From: Trichoplax adhaerens
Lineage: Eukaryota > Animalia > Placozoa
Reading direction: 5' to 3'
NCBI RefSeq assembly: GCF_000150275.1
Contig: NW_002060961.1
Location: 744,568-808,567, forward strand
Length of the DNA stretch: 64,000 bases
A program made the translations under genes and the position numbers. This document shows positions 51,601 through 64,000 of the stretch, piece by piece. The notes under the pieces were generated by a model, which saw nothing but the letters and a program-made list of their open reading frames with translations, was not told where the DNA came from and did no database searches. The first letter of the stretch is position 1. Each line of letters starts with the position of its first letter.

Positions 51601-54600
51601 AGTCGGCTGATTTACGCTGCAGGTGGTTCAAGGTCAGCGATAGACTGTACACTGTACAGTGTACAGTACTGTACGAGGAGAGAGTGAAGAAAAAACTGTT
51701 TTTTCTCAACTCCAAGTTTACTGTACAGTACACTACTACTGTCAGTAGGCACTAGGCAGTACTGTATTAGACACTCCAGATCACTCTCGGATAGTAGTCT
51801 ACAGTACAGTACTGTACTGTAGACTGTAGTGTACAGTAGTACTGTATAACCTTATTACGGACGCAATCGTAGTGTACTGTATGTACTGTAGCGAGCCAGG
51901 CGCGCATTTCACACCGCTTCGGTTCCGATCCAGCACGGCCAACGATTGCAGGAGGATTGACGGCTATGATTTTAGTATGGCGTTCCTACTGTAGGGAAGG
52001 AGCTACAGGAGAGGAAGGCCATCTTCCATCTTGGAGGCGAAGGGGATATCATGATGGTCTTATACAGTTAATTTTCCTTGATGTTCATGTCAAGTTGTCT
52101 ACTTAAGCTGAAGTAGGCAAAAAAAAAAGCAAATAGGTTTTGAAGTGCAATCAATTGGAGAGAACGGCGTAACTACTTTTCTCAGTGGAAAATTGCATGA
52201 CAGAAGAGATAAGATCCATTTGAACTACTGACTGGAAATATTTCCAGTCAGTGATTGTCAACCGAAAGGGTTCATAAAGTAGAGAACCCATTCACTATAT
52301 GCCGTTCTCTCTAGTCAATCAATCATTGATTCTTCAAAGCGTATAACAGTGAAAAATGATTTTGACAAAATGGACATTGTATCGGTTTCGTGCTACGATC
52401 GCTAATCTCTGGTCTACAGTACACCATGTCCAGCGGTCAAATGGGTTGATTTTGAATTTTACGCTTTTATCACCCTTCCTTCATACAAACGAAAGCAATT
52501 CAAAATTTAGGGCTTACATTGTAGCCAAAATCCCACATGTACGATGGAATTCAATTCGGTTACTTTTGTAGTCATGGATATTCAAAGTTAAATTGAAAAA
52601 GCGTTTTTCCGCCTCCAATAATGAATCAAACCGATGGATCACGTATGCGTACATTGACAGAGGATAAATGTTTTCGCACATGTGTAAGTCGTTTCAGTAC
52701 AGTAGTAATTTAATACTGTAGTATAGTAAAAGCTGATTTCCTGCCAACAATAATGAATTGATCAAGACAACTGATCGTTAGGGCACATAGGATCGTGGTT
52801 GAGCGTTTTAAGACGTTTCCAAATTTCAACCGTACTTCTTTTCTACTATATTCAAACCTTTCTACTTTTGTTGCACACAATAATCAAGTCAATCAAACAC
52901 TGTTACACCTATTACTACCGAGATTGAAACTACTTGAAGTCAAGATTGATTGAACATTTGAAGTCGTTTTAGCTGCATTACGTAAAAGCTTTTTTTACCC
53001 CGTTTACAATATACTGCAATGATAGGCTATGCAGTATGCAGGTACAGTAAGTTGAATATCAATCAATCACGGCGTAATGATACAACAAAGCAAGAATAAC
53101 TTTCTCGTGATGGTATTTATATTCCATGAGAAATGAGTTTGTACTGAATTAATGAATCATAAAATCATTCGGTAAAATTGAACAGCGTCAATCTAAATTT
53201 ACCAGCAGTCTTCTAGAAATAAATCGCTTAAACCTTAACCCTTAATTACCATACTTTATACTACAAATTGATCGATTAACCACTACAGTAGCAGAAGCGC
53301 TTATAGAACACAATCTCTTTCCCATCTTAGCCTATACTAACTAGTACATGTCTATAAGTACCATTTGATCGCAAAAGAACACATGTCTAGAATAATATTA
53401 AGCTGTATTTGATGGGATGCGATTGTCATCACTGCGGATATATGTATAAAGTTAAAAAACACAAATCAAATGTTCCGACTGTTTGACATTGACTTAGTTG
53501 ATAGCCCCCCCATTAATTACGCATTCCGGAATAATAAAATTGTAATGCCTTGACCGTATAGCACCCAATGTGTACATTATACCGAGGTAACACAAATAGA
53601 ACAAATAAATGATAAAATAATCAATAATGCTTCTCTATTTGCTGTTATTCTATATAATTATAATTGAAAGAACAGGCAAATCTGGCTATGCATGATTAAC
53701 GTCAACAGGCTACAGCAACACCTTGTAACCGTAATACAGTATTACCGCCTGCAGCAATAAATATATTGCTAGCGTAGCTACTAATTAATTATACACATGG
53801 CCTACATTTAAACACGTACAACTGTCATTCCTTCTACCCAAGCAATAAAATAAAATTAATTGTATTAGGCTTTCAACTAAAAGAGAATCAGTATTAGCGA
53901 TATAAGTTATCGATAATGGCTACAGTTTCTACTGCAAAGTAGCTATATCTTAATCGGTAACAGGTAAACTTTTATAATTTAATCCTAATAAACTGGCATT
54001 GACTTGTTCATAACATACGGCAATATAATCTGATCTTTCAAGACAACACCGCGTTATGATAATATTAATGAGCATTACATGTACTTTACGGCGACATTGT
54101 TATTGATGCGATAGATTTAAATGATTTTGGATTTGGAAGCGATGTAAGTGATTTAATTAGATTGATTTACGCTAGCATTTCTTCTTATTTACCGAATAAA
54201 ATAATGCGAAAATAGACTACAATTTAAATTCTATCATCAACCAAAAGAGTCAAGAGAAGTATTGTTTATTTACTTAAAGTGACCGCATAGTTTAGTGGAA
54301 AATGTTATGACTAATACATTAACTCAACTCGCTATTGGTTAACCTTCAACTTTTTAATCCTTTCTATCTTTTCATCATGTAACGCTATTGTCATTCCATT
54401 TGATAGTTGAACAACAAAGAGTGCAAGAATGTTGATTATTTTCTTAGCTATGATCACCTTCAATAGTATTGTTTATAATATAACATGATAAATTCATTAA
54501 TTATTCATTAATAACATGTATGAAATAACTACCTAATTGTAAAAAAGGAAAAATGTGTCGATAATATAAATTACCAACTATAGTATGCTATTACCTTACC

Positions 54601-57600
54601 TTTTCCTTCTGTATTAGTACCGTAGTTATAATTGGAGTGGAAATAGTGTAGGAGTACAATAAATGCGTAAAGAAACTGTTAAGCAAATAATATTACTGCA
54701 AGTTAGAAAATTTTGCGTTAGAATCTGACTATTTAATACATCAACTTTATTTATAGGTCTTTATCCGGCAATAAGATCGCTGCCATTGGCGATAGTACAT
54801 TTTACTATCTAACCAATTTGACAAGCTTGTAAGTAATATTCAAATAAATACTTTGTTAATAGTTTACCGCTATTTCAGTATGATAGACTGTTAAATTGAA
54901 AAACATACCGTTATTTATATTTAAATTGCTAAAAAGATTAAAATACCGAATAAATAAGGCTAGTCAATTATATAATTACAGTAAATTTGTGATAATGATA
55001 TTTCGTACTTAGATTGGCAATAATGAAAATCAGATCAATATAACTGTATAGTAATATCAAATATCTTATCTAATTATATAGCGCCTTGCATGTTACTAAT
55101 TACATTATCTCTCTTCTCAATCGAATTAAAATTTCAATTATAGGGATCTGTCCGACAACATTATCAATTATATCTCGCCTAGAGCTTTTAACAGATTGAA
55201 AAAGCTGAGATACTTGTAAGTCTGATCGAGACTGAATGTAATTTTTAGAAGTATAGCGCAATAATTTGCTAAGATTGAACTATAGTGAATTTAAGTAATC
55301 CCTATTTGATAAGTGAAAAATTTGGTACAACAGTAATATTGCTAGATCCGTAAGTTGTTCAATTATATCAACCAAATGATACTATTTATACTCACAGATA
55401 TTTGGAAAAAAACAAATTATCAAATCTTAATGTCAACTTATTCCAAGAGTTACCTGATTTAAGAAGAATGTAAGTAATATAATTTTGATAAATATTAACA
55501 GACTAGAGAATACGTAAATTTGGTCCGTTTTAATATATAATTTTTACGTTATGATTTATAGAACTATCAACGATAATCAAATATCTAATTTACCTGCTCA
55601 GATATTTGCTAAAAACCCCTTATTGGAAACATTGTAAGTTTATTAATATAGATTATACGATGCATTTAGCTATTAGTCAAAACTATAAACCTTGAAGTAT
55701 TTTTCTTTAATTAAAAACGCAAATATCATTTTATTAATAAATAGAAACTTCAAGTCCAACACGTTGACAAACTTGCCCGGAAATGTCTTTAAAAATCTGA
55801 AGTCACTAAGTACTTTGTAAGCAATCTTAGTACTTCTTGAACTAGTAAAGATGTGTATTTCTAGTTGATCTAGATCGTATATTTAGATTAAGCTTAGTCT
55901 AATCAAAATAATATGGTATTTCCGACTTAAAATATATTCATCACGATTTAAGTCTATATTATTCACATTATCCCTATTTGAATACTTGCTAGAACTCTCA
56001 GCAACAATCCACTGAAGAAATTAGAATCAACCTTATTTAGGGATCTGACGGGATTATTAGTTTTGTAAGTAACCTTAAAGGATAAAAGTTAACTACATAA
56101 AAAGCAAGCCTATTATTTTCAGCCACGGTTGATAGTTACAACTGATATAAACATTTATACATGACAACATTTTTAATATAAAAAGTAAATAAAGAATGAA
56201 TAATTATTCTTAGCCAGTAGTAACTATTGCTTATCAGTAGGAAATATAATTTGAAATTATTAATAGCTAATGATGACATCGTTAAATAACTAGCTACTTT
56301 ATTCTTACGTCCAAATCTATAGTCGTAATAATAAAACTGCTGTATACAAGCATTAATTATATTTTTTGTTTTTATTAACGTTAGAAAACTATCTAACTCC
56401 AACATAACTGGTAAACTACCAGCTGATTTATTTAAAAATCTGATCAGTTTATTTCAGCTGTAAGTATCGCCTGTAATCGCCTACAGTTCAATTCTTGGAA
56501 CACCGTATAAGATATAAAATGAATTAGTACTAAAAATTCGAAATATTAAAATATGTATTTCTTTAGTGATATCTTCAGCAATGAAATTAGCGAATTGCCT
56601 TATGGAATCTTTAGCAATTTATCCAGAGTCAGCTCTCTGTAAGTTAATTTTTGACTCCATAATATTTTTGTTTATCTCTTGTGTAGTTTAGGTTTTAGAG
56701 TCATTTAGTTTAATTATATAATTATCATGAAAACGTAACGTTAATGGACATTGTAAATTTCTGTGAATTTTGGATAGGGACTTTTCGCATAATAAAATTG
56801 GATCACTCAAAGATAATATTTTTAGCAATATGACGAGTTTGAACTTTCTGTAAGTATAAGAGTTATGAATCAAATTAAAATAGATATTGAACTGCACTCT
56901 TACCGAGAGATTAGCTCCGAAATAGATAAGAGACAAAATTTGGTTAATTTTAATCATCCATTACTAATATTTCTTTACCAGGAAAATTAACAATAATCCC
57001 TTCTATTGTGATTGCAATTTAATTTGGTTGAAAATATGGCTAGCTTCTGCGTCACAAAGAAACATTGCTGTCTATCATCAGAAGCAAATCCAGTGTACGA
57101 GACCAAGCTTGTTGGCTGGTCGAAGCTTACTAGGAATTGCATCGAATAATATGATTTGTGGTATGTTAAAGTGAACTCGAGCACTATATCCATCAAGCTT
57201 ATTAATTCAGTCATTGAAGAGCATAAATACATTATTGCCATGAGAATTATTTCAATTTTACTGATGTTAACTACGAATAGTAACAATATTTGCGTATTCC
57301 TGGAAGCACATGTCTGCCTCCTAAATACATAACTTGTTCAAAATTTGACTGCATCCTATGATATTTTGACTTGTCTATTTATCATCGAAATTGTAACTAA
57401 GTTTGAAGTAAAATTATCAATTAAAATTTTAGAACAATCTACAACCACTCCACCGATGCCAATAACATCGACACAGCCTCCGACAACTAGAGTAACAACA
57501 GCCTCGACGACACCTAACGGTCAGATATCGTCTTCTGCAACTCCCCCAGCAGCAAGTTCAGCTGCTCCGTCTACTGCCGGCAATAAAATTACATCTAGAC

Positions 57601-59348
57601 CACCAGTTGAAACAAGATCAACGCCTGCAGCTACAAGGGCAACACAAACTAGCAGAGCAACTACTCTACCATCAAGGACAGGAAGTATGACACCTGGAAG
57701 ACAGCAAGGTAGAGTATAAGAGTTAAACAGATCGAATGAAAGTAAGAGAATGAGATTAGTAAAGCCAATGCATCAATTTACGTTATTATTTCTTTCTAAT
57801 AGACGATCTTCCCAAAATCGCCGCTGGATCGGCAGCTGGAGGAGTTATACTGATATGTTTGGTTTGCATAATCATCTACTACATATATAAGAGGTAATTG
57901 GGTAACAGATTTATTAAACAATCATCAATAATGCCACCTTAGAAGCACGTGCTTCTGTTATTCCTATGATACGTGTGTTACTGTAATTTGAACTGTTAAA
58001 AGAAAAAATATTAATGAAGAATATTACTATTTGATGATGAATATTATAATATTAAAGAAAGTGATTATTTTACTGATCGAATTTAAAATATAATAGGAGG
58101 AATCTTCAAAAAAGACAAGAGACTCGCAATCCGGAAGAAGGCCACGTTAGTAGCGATACTGAGCTAGGAGGTGGTGGGCATTTAACTGTTTCGACCGGTT
58201 CATCGGCTGGACTAACTCATAATGCTAACAAGAAACCATTGCATGACAGTATAGATTCAGGGTTCACCACGACATCTGTCGATGGTAGCATTTCATCTCG
58301 CAGTAATGTCAGATTGATGAACGGCAATCATAATTATCACCACGGCGACAAGGCTGCAAGGTCACAAAACGCACACAACCATAAGAATGGGTCAAACAGT
58401 AATAGTGAGCCTAAGGGAAATGCCGATAGAAAAAAAGGAAACCGCAATCTAACCGTAGACGTTGAAAACTACACTTTGAGAAGGGGAAAGTATAATCCAA
58501 CATCCGATGATGAAAATGATCGTGTTAGTGAAGCAAGGCCGTCTAGTAGCGGTAATGGCCATGCTGAGACTCAAAACGGTATGCGTAATGCAGATATTAA
58601 TAGCGGTTATAATGAGAGAACGAAAGGAAAGCGCAGTCCTACATCAGACGATAAAAGTAAGCATATTGGAAGACCTGCGAGAGGAGAGCGTCGCTATATT
58701 GCAGATGATAGTAACCCGCGTAACAATCGAAGTAAAGGAAGGCACAATCGTAACTTGGATGATGACTACGATTATGACGATAATCGACGAGGAAATGGCA
58801 AGTTTTTATCGGATGATGAAGGTAATCGCATCAATAGAGCAAGAGGAAAGTATAATCCCAACTTGGATTATGGGCATATGAGTATGGATAGGATAAGGGG
58901 AAAACGTGATTCCGTTTCAGATGATGACGGTAGTTATGTTGCCAGAACAAGAGGAAACTATAAGGAGGTATCGGACGATGACGATAGTCGTTATATTGAT
59001 AGAAAAAATTGTAAACATAATCCTCCATCAACCCAAACCCATGATCGTTTAATCAGAGCGAGAGCAAAGAAGAATGCAACATTTGCCGATGATGATAATG
59101 ATAGTCATGAAGCAATTCCAAATTACTCACATTTGGCATCACAAGGTCGTCATAATATGAATACAAGTAGGACAAGCCTAACCGCTAGCCATGACAGACT
59201 AAGTCAAACATCAAATGATACTGAAATGAAAAAATTAACTCTTCTACGAGTAGATAAGCATAATCGCCAGCATAACCATTCAAGGAGTAAAACAAATTTA
59301 ACAGCTAGTCGTGACAGGTTAAGTGAAAATTCAGATACTGTGGTCTAA
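45681..59348 (+). CDS. Single-pass type I membrane leucine-rich-repeat protein (signal peptide, LRRNT, about 9 LRRs, LRRCT, S/T/P stalk, TM, long disordered tail ending in PDZ-binding DTVV)
   Basis: Exon 45681-45856 encodes signal peptide and CLPGCTC...C LRRNT. Phase-2 LRR exons: 54757-54828, 55144-55215, 55398-55469, 55562-55633, 55745-55816, 55993-56064, 56385-56459, 56567-56638, 56778-56849. Exon 56982-57160 encodes NPFYCDCNLIWL...C..P..LAGR LRRCT. 57433-57708 is a mucin-like stalk, 57803-57893 the TM helix (IAAGSAAGGVILICLVCIIIYYIY), and 58097-59348 the tail. All GT-AG and in phase. Confidence 0.9.
51644..51890. promoter_or_regulatory. GTACAG/CTGTAC palindromic-word island 4; orphan, inside LRR-gene intron 1
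   Basis: ACTGTACACTGTACAG (51644-51659), TACAGTACTGTA (51662-51673, 51805-51816), and a 30-bp perfect palindrome AGTCTACAGTACAGTACTGTACTGTAGACT (51796-51825). Confidence 0.6.
52227..52252. repeat. Perfect 26-bp spacerless palindrome
   Basis: ACTGACTGGAAAT|ATTTCCAGTCAGT. Confidence 0.9.
58608..59108 (+). repeat. Coding tandem repeat of about 54 nt (18 aa), about 9 degenerate copies, in the LRR protein cytoplasmic tail
   Basis: The Gly of the R/K-G motif falls at ORF residues 149, 167, 185, 203, 221 and 239 (exact 18-aa period), plus 130. Equivalent positions are 258 (C) and 276 (A). Confidence 0.8.
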
Positions 59349-59439
59349 AATGCCATTATAATATAATTCTGTGAATTATACCCATTTATAATTATAGAAG
59401 CAATCAATAAATAATTCTAATATTACTAATGAACATCAT

Positions 59440-59515
59440 TATTAATAATAATAATAAATAATAATAATAATAATAATTATAATAAGAATATTAATAATAT
59501 TATTATAATAATATT
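59440..59515. repeat. (AAT)n low-complexity microsatellite in the LRR-gene 3'UTR
   Basis: Direct reading. Confidence 0.85.
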
Positions 59516-62500
59516 GCAACTAATTGTAAATGGTCGATAAGGAAGTAAAAGTAGTAACGCTACTACATCGCTAAATCTTTACATATTCTAACGCGAATAG
59601 TAACACGGTTAACACGCGTTCAGTGTATATTAGATATAATTTGCAGTTGATATGGTTTTTTCAAATAATACACTAGAAAAAGGATTATTGTTACTCACCT
59701 AGTGCCGGTCATTTTATGGTAGATTGGATATTTCTTGAAAAAAAGGATTACCAGTAAAAACATTTATGTAGACGTAGATTGATAATGTTAATGATGATAA
59801 TGATTAGTATTTATCAAGATGCGTTGAACCAACTTCTTGCTACTATTTCATGATATCCAAATGATTACTTCAAAGGAAAACTTAATCATCGTACCAATTG
59901 ACCGCCTACAATTAAATTTAATAATTGATTAACTACGCCAACTTTATTAATCGCTATGTAAAATAATTTTGGATATGTTATAAATTTTAAAACAATAATT
60001 ACTAGTCACTGATAACGTCTAGATTTTTTTACTTGCTGTAATCCGTTGCGTTACTATTGCTCATTTATTACTTAATTCTATCCATTCAGTCATTAATAAT
60101 ATTTTCCAAAGATAAAATCTACCATTTCATATTTTTACTTATTTTTTTATTCTTTCGATTTATATCTACTGGTTAATTTTTTATGCTTTTCTCTGTACTA
60201 TATATCAAAATACGCTTTTATTGGGGTTTTAAATTAATCAATTTTAATTGAAGTTGGTATTCGGATTCATAAACTGCTGGCTCTGAAATTACCTTATAAA
60301 TTCTATTATAGTATAATTAACTATATTTGCATTTCATCGATATTGTATTCATCGATGTATTGAAAAGCGTAGTTGTTATCATGTAACAAGCAGTACGACT
60401 GGTATTTGAGGCAATGCCAAGGAATGTTTGTCACTGTCATGACGGCTAGCTGGTTGCTGAACTTGAATTATAATTGGAAATTTAAATTGGGCGAATTAAC
60501 AAAGAAAAAAATTATCAATCTTACCTTCAACAGCATACATAATTGCAAGCTTTCATAAGATTATTACGATTCAAGAAGAGTACCGCAAGAACCAGATGAT
60601 ATCGTGTTTAAGAGTACTTTTAGATGGTCTCATTAAATGCTTAATTGACTAATTGCTAATAATTAGCATTCGTCAAATTTGTCTTTGAAAGTGTGTTGAT
60701 AACCAAAGAGCAAGAGTGAAAAAACGGCGATTATACTATTATATGAATTCACTGGTCTCCAACTGAAGCCTTACATTGCAACTTCAGCAAATCCAGTAAC
60801 CGAAAATGCTGTGATCATTACAATTGTCGATGAATAGCAATTCCTTGATTTTAAACCTTTCGAACGTAATTGATTTTTCTACGATTAATGCTCATATGGA
60901 ATCAACGGTTGATCAATATAAGGTATATGTAAACATAATGATAAAAAAAACAAACTGTCCTACAGCTAAATAAATAGCGTTTATTTGAGTACTATTAGCA
61001 ATCCTTATAATAAAGATACGACCATTTAATTGAATGGTTCTGTCAGTTTCAATTACTGTAATGTATATATCTATACATATTTTTAACTATACGTATGTGC
61101 CAGATAATAAACCAGGGCTGTAATTATTTTATATCGTTATCAATATTCAATAAATATTTAACATTTAATTAGATTTGGTGTCATTAACTTGACGAAAAGA
61201 AATATTTTTACAGTAACAAGTCTTCAGACTTAACAGTGATATTACCGTAATATTTCTATATCAATAATGAAAGTTATTAACAATAGTAATATTAATTAAT
61301 GAATAAAACTCTAACTTGTAATTGAAATATTACTCAACCCATCATTGCTACTGTTTCTATATACTGTTACAGCTACTACTATAACTATGCTAAGATTGCA
61401 AGATAATGAAATTGTGACTTGTTGTATAATTTCTTCAACAGAAGAACTGGATTTGTATATTCATGTTCAGATAAAATACAACAAATAATTTTTTTCATAA
61501 AAGTATGATAATATCTAGGTATATATACAGTAGGCTAATCAATAAATAACTGCTTACGAAACTAAGAGTAAAATTTGATGTGGGTGGAAACTTCTCATTT
61601 AATTGCAAACGCAAATGCAAAGGGTTGATTTCGATCAATCGTCTATCTTTCTTCTTATGTGTATATAAATATATATATACTCGCATGTAATATCAATCTA
61701 TCATCTATGAATGACATTGATTTCAATCTAATATTAATTTTAGTATCTTTTTCAACATACTTGCCATTCTTTGTTACCACTGTTGTTACTAACTTTCTCA
61801 CCAATACATTCAATGTTCAATATATTATTGTATGGTTTGCTTTACGATCAAAATGTCATGATGGGGTTTTTACAATTACTTATTGAAACTCTTCATGTCT
61901 ACTTTTGATACCAATAGATATCATCGCTGTTATTATCACTTTCATATTTAAGAATGATTTTCCTTTTCTTAATTTGCATAACATTTTCATGGTCAAATTA
62001 ATTCTATAATTGTTCTCTTTAAGTAGCATTTACTCGTATACATGCAATGAGTTGATATTAAATCTAATAAAAATCATAATGACTGTTGTAAATGTAGCCT
62101 TTGATGAATCTATGTGTATGTAACTTGACTTCGAGGTACTCTGATGAAGACTCAGCGATGGAGTAATACTTGTGTAATCTTTACAAATTGCGTTTATTAA
62201 CTTCTATCCAAATAGAATTAGAATTACTCTTAGCAATGTAAGAGGTTATATACCACTGATGTTCTCCACAATCGATATCTTAAGAACTTAGCTACTTAGA
62301 GAGTATCTCTTGACACTAGCATCCTTGAATGACTGATTGCACGATATACACACTTATAAGTATGATGTCTTTCGGCTACTGATTGGTTACAGATAAGTCA
62401 GATAACCTGACCGGATATAGTTCTCATATGATAACAAGTACCAATGCAGTTATCCTATCTTATGTTGTACAGCAGGATGATATCCTTGCATGTTCGTAAA

Positions 62501-64000
62501 GGTACTAAGTTAGAGTATACAAACTATACTATAAATAATGCCAAATTACAACAATGATACAAAGATTATACTGCTATTTCGCGTAGGAAATTAGCTTATT
62601 GGTTGAATACAATTCTTTTATTATACTTATCATATAGAATTTCACGATTTAGTAGCGACGAAGTATGATAGAGCGAGCATAGAACTACGCTATGGTATAT
62701 ACAGTATCATCTAGCTTCAAAATTAGAGTACTTTTAATTTACTTTTTTGCTTGTTTTAAATAATTGAAATCGATTGCAAGCTTCGAATAAGATTATTCAT
62801 CAGAGGGCTACTATAAATAAATCGAGAATAATTATTACTGTCCTATGTATAGTGCTACCTTTTTTAATTTGGCTCTTAGAAATAACGTAAAATAATCATA
62901 CTATTCCTCGCTATGCATAATTAATTTAATACAATTTCTAATTTTTAGTTAAAGTAAATAAAAATTGCGATATTTGGAAGGATCTTAAGTTCTGCTAACG
63001 TGGGGATCGGCTTTCTTTCGAGTCAAAGAAGTGCGAGTTATCGTTATATGATAGCATAACGAAGCTAAGACATGCCGTAGATCCGTTCAATTAATTATCT
63101 TATAATCATTTCATTCTTTTTTATTAAAGGAATAGAATACAATAGGGCAAGCATTCAACTTTACTTTCTGTTAGGAAAGACGTAGCTTGCGGCGGATTCA
63201 ATGAATCAGCCTTTATTTGCGAACGCAGCATTAATTTTTTTACTTATCAGCGGGCTAATTATTCACATGTTGTTTCTTTTCATATACACAGGATATGACG
63301 TCTTTATCAGTTTAAGGGAAGCTTTTGCACCTCCTTAGCGACGCTAATTGCTGATGGCTTGCTGTTAATTTTCAAAGACGACTGCTTTTTAAGTAAACAA
63401 GTTTCTATCTTGGCGGTCGGGTTTATCCACTAGTGATCAAATAGCAACGGTGCTAAACTATGAATAAGAGAAGAGCACTTGGAGTAAACGGATACGCCTT
63501 TAAAATATAAATGTTGTGAAATAAGATTTGATTAATTATTAATAATTAAAGCTATAAACCTAGAGGAGTATAACAAATTTTATATTCTATTTTGCGATTA
63601 CTGAATTAGTCTATTACTGTATATTCAGGAGTTTAAGTGATAGAGAAAAATTGAGGAAATAAAGCTCTTTGGTGGTAAAACATTATAAAGTCGAAGGAAT
63701 TCTGTTATTTTTCCATATGCCTCGTAATAGTTTACCAGATTCCTGACTATCATAAACTTCCTTTATTACTTCATTGTGGGCTATATGTAACTTAAAATGC
63801 TTTTAACATTGAAAAATTGATCCAAATGCTAGAGGTACGATGTATGTAATATAAAAATGAAGCAGTAAATTATGAAGATAGACTAGTAGTCACTTTAAGT
63901 GCTAAAGGTAGTTTACAATTGCAACCCGACTGGTTTCCTTATTATGCATGCTGTAAAAAAGTTGACAATATTTTTGGCTGATCCCACCCACCCGCATTGG

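Noticed and set aside
51895-52010. SRP RNA similarity (GCCAGGCGCG start; GGAAGGAGC)
   Set aside because: Lacks the Alu-domain UGUAR fold and the helix-8 symmetric-loop consensus. Kept only as an unassigned structured candidate.
58507-59031. Alternative-frame ORFs 58507-58881 (+) and 58831-59031 (-)
   Set aside because: Shadows of the GAT-rich repeat coding frame.
59520-64000. Short ORFs and possible exons downstream of the LRR gene
   Set aside because: No consistent splice chain or recognisable protein motif; treated as 3'UTR/intergenic.

Overview
AT-rich, intron-dense animal genomic DNA. Short introns, near-human exon structures and base composition suggest a placozoan (Trichoplax-like); this is inference, not a database result. 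I rebuilt four complete spliced genes by hand, with all splice phases consistent: macoilin (MACO1/TMEM57, +, 10 coding exons, about 675 aa), p90 ribosomal S6 kinase (RSK/RPS6KA, +, 25 exons, about 732 aa), spermine synthase (SMS, -, 12 exons, about 359 aa), and an unnamed single-pass LRR receptor (+, 14 exons, about 874 aa). The 3' end of an unidentified gene lies at the left edge. The most striking non-coding signal is four dense islands of palindromic TACAGTACTGTA/ACTGTACACTGTACAG words. Three sit at the 5' ends of MACO1, RSK and SMS. The fourth is an orphan inside intron 1 of the LRR gene, flanked by perfect palindromes, a structured GC-rich segment and divergent splice donors. Other highlights: a non-canonical AT-AA minor (U12) intron and a second U12-like intron in SMS; a cluster of perfect ATF4/C-EBP elements in SMS intron 1; an 18-aa charge-patterned repeat in the LRR receptor tail; a degenerate repeat array in the MACO1 5' intron; and ancient MACO1-RSK-SMS linkage. 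Most short ORFs in the supplied track are spurious.
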